From assembly GCA_041650855.1 (NCBI GenBank), contig JBAZKJ010000002.1, positions 284,280 through 348,279 on the forward strand: DNA of 64,000 nucleotides, read 5' to 3'. The notes beneath the pieces are model-generated. The model had not been told where the DNA came from and made no database searches. It saw nothing but the letters and a program-made list of their open reading frames with translations. Positions 28,986 to 37,774 of this stretch are shown piece by piece. Numbering within the stretch: position 1 is the stretch's first letter; each line of letters starts with the position of its first letter. The stretch comes from Candidatus Margulisiibacteriota bacterium. Lineage in GTDB: Bacteria; Margulisbacteria; WOR-1; O2-12-FULL-45-9; XYB2-FULL-48-7. The translations under genes and the position numbers were made by a program.

Positions 28986-30509
28986 CTATTTATTTAATTT
29001 CTTAGCCGTCCAAACCCAGCGCTCGCCGAGCAGCTTGCCGGCGCTCTCCGGCATGGTGTCGCAAACGGCGGTCGGCGCCTGCAGAGCCATGGCGAAAAAG
29101 AGCGGTTCCGCCGGTTCCGGCGTCAGCGGCACGTCAACATCGTTCTGGATCTGCCAGCGGCAATTGTCCTGCCCCCCAAAGAAATAAGCCATATAAGCCT
29201 GGCGCTCGCTTTTGCTTAACCCCGGATAATAACGGACAAGCTGGCCGACCGAAGTATCGACCGGGATCCACCCGTAATCAGGCAGATAGAACTCCGCCCA
29301 AAAGTGATCGCCGGCCCCGCGCTGGCCGATGGGGAAAGTCTGCAAGCCGCCGGGACAGCGGGCCGGGATGCCGAGCGAACGGCAGAGCGCGGCAAAGTAG
29401 ATGCTCTGGGCGCCGCAATCGCCAAAACGGTGCCGGTGGACATAGATCGATTCCGGGACCTTGAGGACCTCCAGCGCCAGGTGCGGCATAAAACTGTAAT
29501 TGATCTGCTCGACCACGTAGTAGTAAAGTTTTTGCGCGGCCAGGTACGGATTCTTTTCCCCGGCCACGACTTTCCGGGCGGTGTCCCTGATCCCGGCGTC
29601 AAAGATGATGTTCCGGGCGGAACGGGTGTAACGGCGATAAAGCTGGCTGTTCCGATCGTAACTGCCGACCTTGGCCGGATCGATCTTGAACCGCTGGGCA
29701 AAATGACGGAATTCGTATCTTGCCTCTATTTTGAGATCGTTCTTCAGGGTGTCCAGCGGTACCTCCAGATAAGCCAACCCGATATCGCCGCTGGTCAGGA
29801 ACGGACCTTTGACATATTTGGCCGGTTCAATGGCCACGATCTTGATGTTGTCTTGCGCGGCGGTCGCGATCGGCAGGGGGATCCAGATCTTGAACGTCCC
29901 GGCCGCGGGCAATTCCGCCCGTTTGAGCACCGCGCGGCCGCTCGCCAGGTAGGTGGCAGGCATAAAAAATGTTTTGTCGGCCGGACCGGCAGCCTGCTGT
30001 TTAAGCAGCGCCAGTAAAAGTTTGAGCGGGTCTTGCCCTTTGCCCAGGGCCGTTCCCTGCTGACTGGCCCGGAAATCGGGGTAGAGGTGGTAAAGTGTGT
30101 TCAGGAGATCGGCAAAATAATATTTTTTCCCGCCCATGGTCAAATTATCGATTCGGTTATCCTTAATGACCTGATCGATCCGGGCCTGGCTGATCTTGGG
30201 ATAGGACTGCGTGATCAGCCGTCTGACCGCCTCCAGTGAATGCGGGTAAGAAAGCATCACTTTTTGCGCCCGCCAGTAGCCGGCACAACATTCCCGCCCG
30301 AGGCAGCAATTCTTTTCCTGGCGGTAAGCGGTCCGCGCCAGGTTAAAGTATTCCAGCGCTTTCGGGTAATTGCCGTGTCCCTCAAAGCGCATCGCCTGCT
30401 GGCAGTATTTATCGCCCCGAGTGGAGAAAAGACTGGAACAGCTGATGACCAAGAGGACGATCAGGACTAAGCCCGCGGCTGCCAGAAAAAACTTGCGCAT
30501 GTTCCACAC
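28986..30509 (-). CDS. Secreted transglutaminase-like cysteine protease-fold protein
   Basis: Signal peptide; HRHRFGDCGAQSIYFAALCRSLGIPAR transglutaminase core Cys motif. 507 aa. Confidence 0.65.
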   Translation of the reverse strand: MWNMRKFFLAAAGLVLIVLLVISCSSLFSTRGDKYCQQAMRFEGHGNYPKALEYFNLARTAYRQEKNCCLGRECCAGYWRAQKVMLSYPHSLEAVRRLITQSYPKISQARIDQVIKDNRIDNLTMGGKKYYFADLLNTLYHLYPDFRASQQGTALGKGQDPLKLLLALLKQQAAGPADKTFFMPATYLASGRAVLKRAELPAAGTFKIWIPLPIATAAQDNIKIVAIEPAKYVKGPFLTSGDIGLAYLEVPLDTLKNDLKIEARYEFRHFAQRFKIDPAKVGSYDRNSQLYRRYTRSARNIIFDAGIRDTARKVVAGEKNPYLAAQKLYYYVVEQINYSFMPHLALEVLKVPESIYVHRHRFGDCGAQSIYFAALCRSLGIPARCPGGLQTFPIGQRGAGDHFWAEFYLPDYGWIPVDTSVGQLVRYYPGLSKSERQAYMAYFFGGQDNCRWQIQNDVDVPLTPEPAEPLFFAMALQAPTAVCDTMPESAGKLLGERWVWTAKKLNK

Positions 30510-30573
30510 GCTCCTGTTGTGTAACCGGATTACTCAATTATAATGCACGAAGCGGCGGCGCGCAACGCCGGGC

Positions 30574-31371
30574 TCAAGGTTTGAGCGCGATGATCTTGAG
30601 CCCCTGGCCCCAGTCGTCGAACCAGAGGGCGCCGTTGCCGATCATATAGCCGCGATAGTCGGCGTAGATCTCTTCCGGCCGCTGGGCCAGGATAGTTTCC
30701 TTGACCCGGGGAGTGAACAGCTCGGGGTAGCGGGCGCTGAAGTCGGCCTGGCCCTTGAGCCGGATCGTCGCGCGGCCGGTGGTCACTGCCAGCGGGTAAT
30801 GTACCAGACCGGCGAGCTCGGTTTTCTTGTCCTGCCGGACGAGCTCTTTGAGCCTGGCCAGGAAGCGGGTCGCTTCGTTCGCGGAGTAGAGGTTGATCAC
30901 GCCGCGTTCGTGGAAGCGGTTTTGCGGATTGGTAAAGGCGAAGCGGTCGAGGGTGAGGCCGTTCTCCAGGACGAAGCCCCGCCGGCCGGCGCGGAAAAGA
31001 TCGAGGCTGGGGCTATCCGCCCATTCCAGGGTGTAATGGAAAGCGTCGGCCACTTTGCCGTCCCTGTCCAGTTTCACGACCAGGATATCGTGGAAGCGTT
31101 CTTTGCCGGCCTCGGCCGAGCGCCCCCGGTATTCCGCCTGGAATTTGTAGAGAGTGCCGTCGCCGCCCGCGATCGGCAGCTCTCCGACCTGGAACGGGCT
31201 TCCAGGCGGGTAAGGGGTCGGCAGCCGATCGATTTCCTGGAGCGCCTGGTAGTCAAAATCGGCATGCTTGACCGAGTCGATGAACCTGTAGACCTTGACC
31301 GGCCGGTTATCCGCGCAGCCGGACGCCAGCACCAGCGCGGCGAGGACCAGCGGCACGAGCCGGTTGTTCAT
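30574..31371 (-). CDS. Lipoprotein, unknown function
   Basis: MNNRLVPLVLAALVLASGC lipobox. The ORF-track start at 31398 is an upstream extension. Confidence 0.5.
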   Translation of the reverse strand: MNNRLVPLVLAALVLASGCADNRPVKVYRFIDSVKHADFDYQALQEIDRLPTPYPPGSPFQVGELPIAGGDGTLYKFQAEYRGRSAEAGKERFHDILVVKLDRDGKVADAFHYTLEWADSPSLDLFRAGRRGFVLENGLTLDRFAFTNPQNRFHERGVINLYSANEATRFLARLKELVRQDKKTELAGLVHYPLAVTTGRATIRLKGQADFSARYPELFTPRVKETILAQRPEEIYADYRGYMIGNGALWFDDWGQGLKIIALKP

Positions 31372-32171
31372 TGCACCGCGGAGACGATCAGGCGCCACTG
31401 CGTGCCGTAGAGCCCCACGGTCGCCCAGGTTGCCTGTTTATGGACGGTGGTGGCGCGGTCCCGGTCGAGGAATTCGTAATGGCCGCTCCCTTCCGGCGTG
31501 GCGACGACCTGTTGGGCAAAAGCGACCAGCGAGGGGAATTGCGCATAGCCGGGATCGGAAAAGGTCATTTTGCCGACTTGCAGGATGTCCCGGTCAAAGA
31601 TCACTTTGCCGTCGAGCTGGATGGCGAGCGCTTCAAAGGTGACGCCGCCGGCCTGGTCGTTAACGATCTTCCTGATCAGCGCGTCCGGTTGGAAGACGAG
31701 GGTGGTGTAACCGATCGTTTTGCCGTCCGGTTGGGAAACTATCGGGTAGCCGAGCGCTACGGCGTTGAACCCTTCGACCGCCAGGAACATTTGGCCCATG
31801 GCCGGTTTGTTCGTTGAGCGCAGGGTTTGGAAAAGGGCCTGGTTGGTGATGCTCTGGCCGACTCCCGAAGAATAGCGGGCGGATGGTTCAACGGCCAGCA
31901 GCGTGCCGTCCAGGCTGATCGAGGAAACGACGATCGCCGAATTGACGTCGCTATAGACGTCATAAAGGGCCTGGCGGGCATTCAGCCCTTTGAGGTCGGT
32001 GGCGGCCAGCTTGATCGCCGCCAGCTTCATCACCCCGTTCATCCGGTTGAGCTCGTTTTGCACGGCGGTTTGCAGGTCGGCAACCGCCGGCGGTTTTGGC
32101 GCTGTTCCCATGGCACCGGCGGTCGTGGCGACAAAAAGCAGGACGGTGAGCGCGAATAGTAGTTTGTTCAT
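31368..32171 (-). CDS. Secreted periplasmic protein (Cache-like sensor fold possible)
   Basis: Signal peptide MNKLLFALTVLLFVATTAGA. 267 aa. Confidence 0.45.
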   Translation of the reverse strand: MNKLLFALTVLLFVATTAGAMGTAPKPPAVADLQTAVQNELNRMNGVMKLAAIKLAATDLKGLNARQALYDVYSDVNSAIVVSSISLDGTLLAVEPSARYSSGVGQSITNQALFQTLRSTNKPAMGQMFLAVEGFNAVALGYPIVSQPDGKTIGYTTLVFQPDALIRKIVNDQAGGVTFEALAIQLDGKVIFDRDILQVGKMTFSDPGYAQFPSLVAFAQQVVATPEGSGHYEFLDRDRATTVHKQATWATVGLYGTQWRLIVSAVQ

Positions 32172-32234
32172 GAATTCCTCCTGGCGTTATTATACAACGG
32201 ATTCTGCTATAATTCCTGCCAGGAGGTATCCATT

Positions 32235-32711
32235 ATGTGGCTGTTCATGTTCGTTTTGGCGCTGGCCGTCTCGCTGGCCAACATTTTTTTCTCTAAGAAG
32301 CCGCGGACGCTCAAAAACATCATTGGGATCATCGCTCTTTACCTGCTGGTCATCGACATCGGGGTCGGCGGCTTGATCGGCGCGTATATGCACACGGCCA
32401 GGGCGGATTACACCGCGCAAATGATCGGCTGGGCGGCTGGCAGCCCATTCCAGTATGAAGTGGCGATGATGAACCTGGGGATCGGCGTGCTTGGCATCCT
32501 TTGTCTTTTCTTCCGCCGGGAGTTTTGGCTGGCTGCGGCGCTTAACGTCTTGGTCGTCTATTGGGGCTGCGGCGTCGGGCATGTCCGGGAAGTGCTGCTC
32601 AAGGCGAACGTTGCCGCCTGGAACGCCGGTCCCGGCATCATGTTCGGCGACTTCATTCTGCCGGCGCTGGTGCTCGCCCTGGTGATCGTCCACGGCCGGC
32701 TGAAAGATTAG
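32235..32711 (+). CDS. Integral membrane protein, unknown function
   Basis: 158 aa with 4-5 TM helices. Confidence 0.5.
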   Translation: MWLFMFVLALAVSLANIFFSKKPRTLKNIIGIIALYLLVIDIGVGGLIGAYMHTARADYTAQMIGWAAGSPFQYEVAMMNLGIGVLGILCLFFRREFWLAAALNVLVVYWGCGVGHVREVLLKANVAAWNAGPGIMFGDFILPALVLALVIVHGRLKD

Positions 32712-32714
32712 CGC

Positions 32715-32870
32715 CTAGTCGAACAGGATGATAAGGACGCCGTGGATCGTGGCCGCGGTGATCGCGGCGTAGGCTATCCACCGATGATATTGCAGCTTGA
32801 CCCTTCTTAGCCCGGTCAGGAGCGTTAGCAGCACCAGCGCGTAGGTCGTTATTCCGAGTAATTTAAACAT
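32715..32870 (-). CDS. Possible 51-aa membrane peptide
   Basis: MFKLLGITTYALVLLTLLTGL… Below the ORF-track threshold; overlaps the next gene's end by 8 nt. Confidence 0.25.
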   Translation of the reverse strand: MFKLLGITTYALVLLTLLTGLRRVKLQYHRWIAYAAITAATIHGVLIILFD

Positions 32871-33507
32871 CCTTTTTTACCTGGGGGAGGAACTTAATGA
32901 TGTGCGGTTCCCCTTTGATCTTAACGGTCAGGGTCAAAGGATATTCCAGCTGGAAGTCGGGGACAAAACAGAGGACGCCGCCCCGCCGGTCGTTGGCGTA
33001 GACCGGCCGAAAATCAAAATATTCCGCGATCCCCTGGTCAATGATCTTGATCAGTTTTTCTTTGGTCGGGGTGTTCATCGTGTTCATGATCGTGTCGACG
33101 GTCGCCTGGATCAGCTGGTCCTGGATGGCGCCGCCGGTGCCGCCGGACATCTTGGCCCGGGTGGCGACCAGGTCCTGGCGCGTGAGCATTTTGACCGGCT
33201 TCAGGTCGCGCCCGTCGGCCAGGGAGACGGCATATTCCTTAACGCCGAGGTCCTGGCCGGTCAGGTTGCGGATCTCCAGGCTGACGGCGATAACGTTGTT
33301 AAATTCGAAGATCGCGCTGGTGATCCGGCAATCCGGCAAGGTGTATTCGGCAAAAGTGTCGTTGCCGATCACGACGCTCTTTAAGCCCGGTTGGTCTACC
33401 TGCGGTTCGTAATTGGTGGTGGCCAGGGGGACCTGGGCGCAGCCCAAGGTCATGAACAGCCCGGCCAACAGCGCTAAGTATCCTAAATGGCGCAGCCGCT
33501 TCTTCAT
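32863..33507 (-). CDS. Lipoprotein, unknown function
   Basis: MKKRLRHLGYLALLAGLFMTLGC lipobox. 214 aa. Confidence 0.5.
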   Translation of the reverse strand: MKKRLRHLGYLALLAGLFMTLGCAQVPLATTNYEPQVDQPGLKSVVIGNDTFAEYTLPDCRITSAIFEFNNVIAVSLEIRNLTGQDLGVKEYAVSLADGRDLKPVKMLTRQDLVATRAKMSGGTGGAIQDQLIQATVDTIMNTMNTPTKEKLIKIIDQGIAEYFDFRPVYANDRRGGVLCFVPDFQLEYPLTLTVKIKGEPHIIKFLPQVKKDV

Positions 33508-34055
33508 TATTTGGCGAGCTGGAAGATGTAGAGCGTCTTCCTGGCCGGCATGTCATAGAGCTCCATGCAGGCGCCCAGCTCGGCTTTTTTGGCGTTCATT
33601 GCCTTATTAAGCTCCGGATAGGCTTTGAACGGCCCGATCATGTAGGATAGGTTGTTCCTGATCGGGAATTCGGCGACCAGGCAGTCGCTGGCCCGCCAAG
33701 TCTTAATTTTGAACTTTTTCCGCAGCTGCCGGGCTTTACCAAAGTCTTTTGCTTCCAGGACGCAGCCGATCTCGCTCCGCATCTTGTTTTGGTCGACCAT
33801 TTTCGGGTCGTTCAGGTAAATGCCGAACCCTTTTTCGGTCATGACCCCTTCCAGGGTGCAGCCGTCGTAGACCCGCTGGATCACTTTGCCGGTGTTGGAG
33901 TAAGGGCCGACGTACTCTTCGTAGACGAGCGTGTAGGGGCCGACCTTTTGGACGGTCACTTTGGGCGTGGAGAAAACCCCCATGTAAGCCAGCCAGGCGG
34001 CGACGATCAAAACCAGAGCGACGATCACGATCAATCCCCATTTGATTATTTTCAT
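33507..34055 (-). CDS. Membrane-anchored GyrI-like small-molecule-binding domain protein
   Basis: N-terminal TM helix then a GyrI-like / AraC-effector-binding-like fold. 182 aa. Confidence 0.5.
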   Translation of the reverse strand: MKIIKWGLIVIVALVLIVAAWLAYMGVFSTPKVTVQKVGPYTLVYEEYVGPYSNTGKVIQRVYDGCTLEGVMTEKGFGIYLNDPKMVDQNKMRSEIGCVLEAKDFGKARQLRKKFKIKTWRASDCLVAEFPIRNNLSYMIGPFKAYPELNKAMNAKKAELGACMELYDMPARKTLYIFQLAK

Positions 34056-34129
34056 TGTTTTTTCCTCCCGTTGAAGGTATTATACTGCCAGGTCGCAAAA
34101 GGCGCAACCGGAACAAGGAGGAAACATCG

Positions 34130-35317
34130 ATGCCTAAAGTTACAGTGCTCGGCGCCGGTAATGCCGGACAAACCCACGCGTTCCACCTCACCACCAAAGG
34201 CCACGAGATCTGCCTCTACGAACATCCCGATTTCGCGAAAGCGCTCGACAGCATCAAACAGAACGGGAATGCCATCGAAGCGGTCGCGGAGTTCAAAAAG
34301 GGCGACCTGACGATCAAGAGCGCTTTGAGCGGGACCGCCAAGGTCGCCAAGGTGACCACCGACATCAAAGAGGCGCTCGACTGGTCGGACATCATCATCA
34401 TGCCGGTGCCGGCTTTTGCCCAGGCGAACATGTTCAAGCAGATGATGCCGCACCTGCGCGACGGCCATCTTTTTACCATCCTGCCGGGGAACGAAGCGTC
34501 GCTGATCTTTGCCAAGATGCTGCGCGAAGCGGGGATCAAGAAGAATGTCACCTTCTGCGAAGCGGCCTCCATCCCCTACGCCTGCCGGATCGTCGGCCCG
34601 GCCAAGATCTTTATCGGCGGGATGAAAGACGCCTTTGAGTTCGGCGTCTTCCCGGCGAACCGGACCGCGGCGGCGGTGAAAACGATGAAAGCGATCATGC
34701 CGCTGGAGCTGGACGTCAAGCAGAACGTGATCGAGGTCCATTTTTACAATTTGAACATCATTGCCCATCCGGTGACCGCGACGCTGAATATGGGAGCGTT
34801 CGAGAGCCGCAAAGGCGAGTTCTTCTTCTACAAGGAAGGGATGTCGCCCTCGGTCAGTAAAGTCCAGCAGAAGGTCGACGACGAGCGGATCGCTATCGGC
34901 GCCAAGTTCGGCTTCCAACTGGACTCGTTCATTTCCTTGATCAAGCTCTGGTACCACATCGACGCCAAGGATATCCATGATTTCTCGCAGATCACGCCGA
35001 TCCATAACGCCTTCGGCTACGACGCGCCGAAAAGCCCGCAGGAACGCTATATCGCGGAGGATACGCCGTATATCCTGGTAACGATGCACGAGTATGCCGG
35101 TCTGGCGGGTGTGGCAGACCCGGCGATCCGGAGCATCATCGATATCGATAACATATATAATGATACCGATTACTTCCTGCACGGCCGGACGCTGGTCTCA
35201 CTAGGTTTGGCAGGGATGACGATCAAGGAGATCCTGGAATACGCCAAGACCGGCGAACTGAAGGTCGGCAAAGCCGCTGCGAAAACGGCCCAGCCCAGCA
35301 AAGAGCTGAGGCCGTAA
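34130..35317 (+). CDS. NAD(P)-dependent opine dehydrogenase-family oxidoreductase
   Basis: MPKVTVLGAGNAGQTHAF Rossmann motif; octopine/nopaline DH-like architecture. AAGGAGG RBS. The ORF-track 34055 start is an extension. Confidence 0.6.
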   Translation: MPKVTVLGAGNAGQTHAFHLTTKGHEICLYEHPDFAKALDSIKQNGNAIEAVAEFKKGDLTIKSALSGTAKVAKVTTDIKEALDWSDIIIMPVPAFAQANMFKQMMPHLRDGHLFTILPGNEASLIFAKMLREAGIKKNVTFCEAASIPYACRIVGPAKIFIGGMKDAFEFGVFPANRTAAAVKTMKAIMPLELDVKQNVIEVHFYNLNIIAHPVTATLNMGAFESRKGEFFFYKEGMSPSVSKVQQKVDDERIAIGAKFGFQLDSFISLIKLWYHIDAKDIHDFSQITPIHNAFGYDAPKSPQERYIAEDTPYILVTMHEYAGLAGVADPAIRSIIDIDNIYNDTDYFLHGRTLVSLGLAGMTIKEILEYAKTGELKVGKAAAKTAQPSKELRP

Positions 35318-35319
35318 CG

Positions 35320-36345
35320 ATGAAGGCGGCATTCTTCGACCTGGAGGGCTGGGAGCTCCCCATCATTAATGACGCCTGCCAAGGGGCAGGGATCGAGATC
35401 GTGAAAGCCGAGAGCGGCCTGCTGACCAAGGGCATGCTGCCGGAGCTCAAGGAGATCGAGCTGATCTCGGTCTCCTTTTCGGCCGTTGATAAAAGTGTGA
35501 TTGATGTCCTCCCCAAACTGAAACTGATCAGCACCCGCACTACCGGTTTTGACCAGATCGACCTTCCCTTGGCAAAGCAGCAGGGGATAGCGGTGATCAA
35601 TGTCCCGAGTTACGGCGAAAATACCGTGGCCGAGTACGCGTTCGCCCTGCTCCTGACCCTCTCGCGCCGGCTCAGCGTCACTTTTATCCGCAGTATGTTC
35701 GGGATCTTTGACCAGAAAGCGGTCAGGGGGAACGATATGCTCGGCAAGACGCTGGGGGTGATCGGTACCGGCCGGATCGGCCAGCGGCTGATCAAGATGG
35801 CGGCGGGCTTTGAGCTGAACATTATCTGCTTCGATCCTTACCCGAACCAGGGGCTGATCGACAAGTTTGCCGTTAAATACGTGCCGCTCGAAGAGCTATT
35901 GAAGAACTCGGACCTGATCAGCATTCACGCCCCTTATACCAAGGAGAACCACCATTTGATCAATGCCGATTCCCTGAAGCTGGTCAAAAAGGGATTACTC
36001 CTGGTCAACACCGCCCGCGGGCCGATCGTTGATACGACCGCGGTCTTGCAGGCGGTCAAGGACGGAGTGCTCGGCGGGGTGGCGCTCGACACCTTCGAAG
36101 GCGAGCAGGTCTGGATCAAGGAAGAGAACATCCTGGCGATGGAAACGGATGCTCTGCCCCCGGCCGAAGCTTTTAAAAAGGCGCTCGAAGGCTTTTTCTT
36201 GCAAAGATTCAAGAATGTGGTCCTAACCCCGCATAATGCGTTCAACAGCCACGAAGCGGTCAGGCGGATCATTGACACTGCTTTAGCGGATATGGCCGCT
36301 TTTGCCGCCAAAGGCGATTGCGACCACCGCCTCGACAAGAAATAA
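35320..36345 (+). CDS. D-isomer-specific 2-hydroxyacid dehydrogenase (D-lactate dehydrogenase-like)
   Basis: GVIGTGRIGQRL NAD-binding motif, catalytic Arg/Glu/His region (…NTARG…, …LDTFEGE…, …TPHNA…). Confidence 0.8.
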   Translation: MKAAFFDLEGWELPIINDACQGAGIEIVKAESGLLTKGMLPELKEIELISVSFSAVDKSVIDVLPKLKLISTRTTGFDQIDLPLAKQQGIAVINVPSYGENTVAEYAFALLLTLSRRLSVTFIRSMFGIFDQKAVRGNDMLGKTLGVIGTGRIGQRLIKMAAGFELNIICFDPYPNQGLIDKFAVKYVPLEELLKNSDLISIHAPYTKENHHLINADSLKLVKKGLLLVNTARGPIVDTTAVLQAVKDGVLGGVALDTFEGEQVWIKEENILAMETDALPPAEAFKKALEGFFLQRFKNVVLTPHNAFNSHEAVRRIIDTALADMAAFAAKGDCDHRLDKK

Positions 36346-36346
36346 A

Positions 36347-37774
36347 ATGGAAGACCATGTCGTCCGCGACCGCCGGCAGCAATTCTGGCTGATCGCGATC
36401 ATCTCCGCGATCTCTTTTTTGATCACCCTTGATTACAATAGCCTCAACATCTCCCTCCCGTCGATCGCCAATTCTTTTGGCGTAAAAGTCGGCGTGGTTT
36501 CTTGGTTGCCGACCCTTTATCTGCTCACGATCACCGGCACGCTGCTCGGGTTTGGCAAGCTTGGCGACATGAAGGGGTACAAGCTGGTCCTCTGTCTCGG
36601 CCTCGGTCTGTTCGCCCTGGGCGGACTGGCGTGCGCTCTGGCCCCGACCTTCCCGGCGCTTTTAGCCGCCCGGGTTTTCCAGTCATTGGGGCAGGCGATG
36701 TACAGTCCGATCTGCATTGCCATGCTGACGACTTTCCTGCCGACCGACATGAAGGGGAAAGCCCTGGGCCTGTACGCGACTTTTCAGGGGCTCGGGTTGG
36801 CTTCCGGTCCGGCACTCGGTGGGTTGATGAACTCGCTCATCAGCTGGCGCGGCGTTTTTCTTTTTACGGCGCCGCTTGCCTTGCTGATCCTGCTGGCCGC
36901 AGTTAAGCTCCTGCCGTCCAAACAACCGCCGGCCAGGGAAACGAGATTTGATCTGTTGGGCGCGATAGTTCTGCTGCTCGGCATGGCGGCGATCTTGTAC
37001 GCGCTTAACCAGGGGATCCGGGTCGGTTGGACCGATCCGTTGATCCTGGCTTGCCTCCTGACGTTCCTGGCGGCGTTCGGCGCCTTTTTCCTTCGGGAAA
37101 AGAGCTGCGCTTACCCGCTGCTCGATCTGAACCTGTTCCGGAACCTCAATTTTACCTTTGCGGTCCTGGCTGCTTTTATCGCCCTGGGGATGCACATCGG
37201 CAACAGCTTTCTCTTTCCTTTCTATCTGCAAATGATGCGGCATCTCTCCGTCGGTGAGATCGGCCTGCTGGCGATGGTCCCTTCGGTTATGATGATGCTG
37301 CTGGCACCGTTCGCCGGCAACCTGTCGGACCGGTACGGCTCAAGGTATATCTGTTTGGCCGGGATGGGTCTGGCGGCTGCGGCTTTTGCGCTTTATTTTT
37401 GCTTGTCGCCCGATTCGAACATTTATTATATTGCCGGGGCGATGTTCCTGCTTGGCAGCGGGATGGGGCTTTTTATCGCCCCGAACAACAAGCTGATCAT
37501 GGCGCAGGCGCCGGCCGACAAGCAGGGGGTCGCTTCCGGCGTTTACAAGATCGCCTTGAACGCCGGTTCCTCGGTCGGGATCGCTTTCTACATGCTGGTC
37601 CTGGCGCAGGTTGTCCTGTTCGATATCGCCAAAATGAACATAATGCTTAACCAGGTCCGCCAGCACACTGATGTCATGATGGCCGGTTTCCGTGGGGCCT
37701 TTCTGTTCGGCCTGTCGCTGGCGTTGCTTGGTATGCTTCTCTGCTACTTGGCGAAAGATAAAACGCCAGCGTGA
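36347..37774 (+). CDS. MFS transporter (DHA2-like, 14 TMS)
   Basis: MFS motifs (GKLGDMKGYK, drug:H+ antiporter-like organisation). ATG at 36347 immediately after the upstream TAA. Confidence 0.8.
   Translation: MEDHVVRDRRQQFWLIAIISAISFLITLDYNSLNISLPSIANSFGVKVGVVSWLPTLYLLTITGTLLGFGKLGDMKGYKLVLCLGLGLFALGGLACALAPTFPALLAARVFQSLGQAMYSPICIAMLTTFLPTDMKGKALGLYATFQGLGLASGPALGGLMNSLISWRGVFLFTAPLALLILLAAVKLLPSKQPPARETRFDLLGAIVLLLGMAAILYALNQGIRVGWTDPLILACLLTFLAAFGAFFLREKSCAYPLLDLNLFRNLNFTFAVLAAFIALGMHIGNSFLFPFYLQMMRHLSVGEIGLLAMVPSVMMMLLAPFAGNLSDRYGSRYICLAGMGLAAAAFALYFCLSPDSNIYYIAGAMFLLGSGMGLFIAPNNKLIMAQAPADKQGVASGVYKIALNAGSSVGIAFYMLVLAQVVLFDIAKMNIMLNQVRQHTDVMMAGFRGAFLFGLSLALLGMLLCYLAKDKTPA

Noticed and set aside
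30510-30573. GC-rich segment GCGGCGGCGCGCAACGCCGGGC as a possible terminator or regulatory hairpin
   Set aside because: Pairing is imperfect and there is no T-run on either strand. Likely just GC-rich intergenic sequence.
34052-35182. 376-aa minus-strand ORF opposite the opine-dehydrogenase-family gene
   Set aside because: The plus strand has a Rossmann GAGNAG motif and a good RBS. The minus ORF is a GC-driven artefact.
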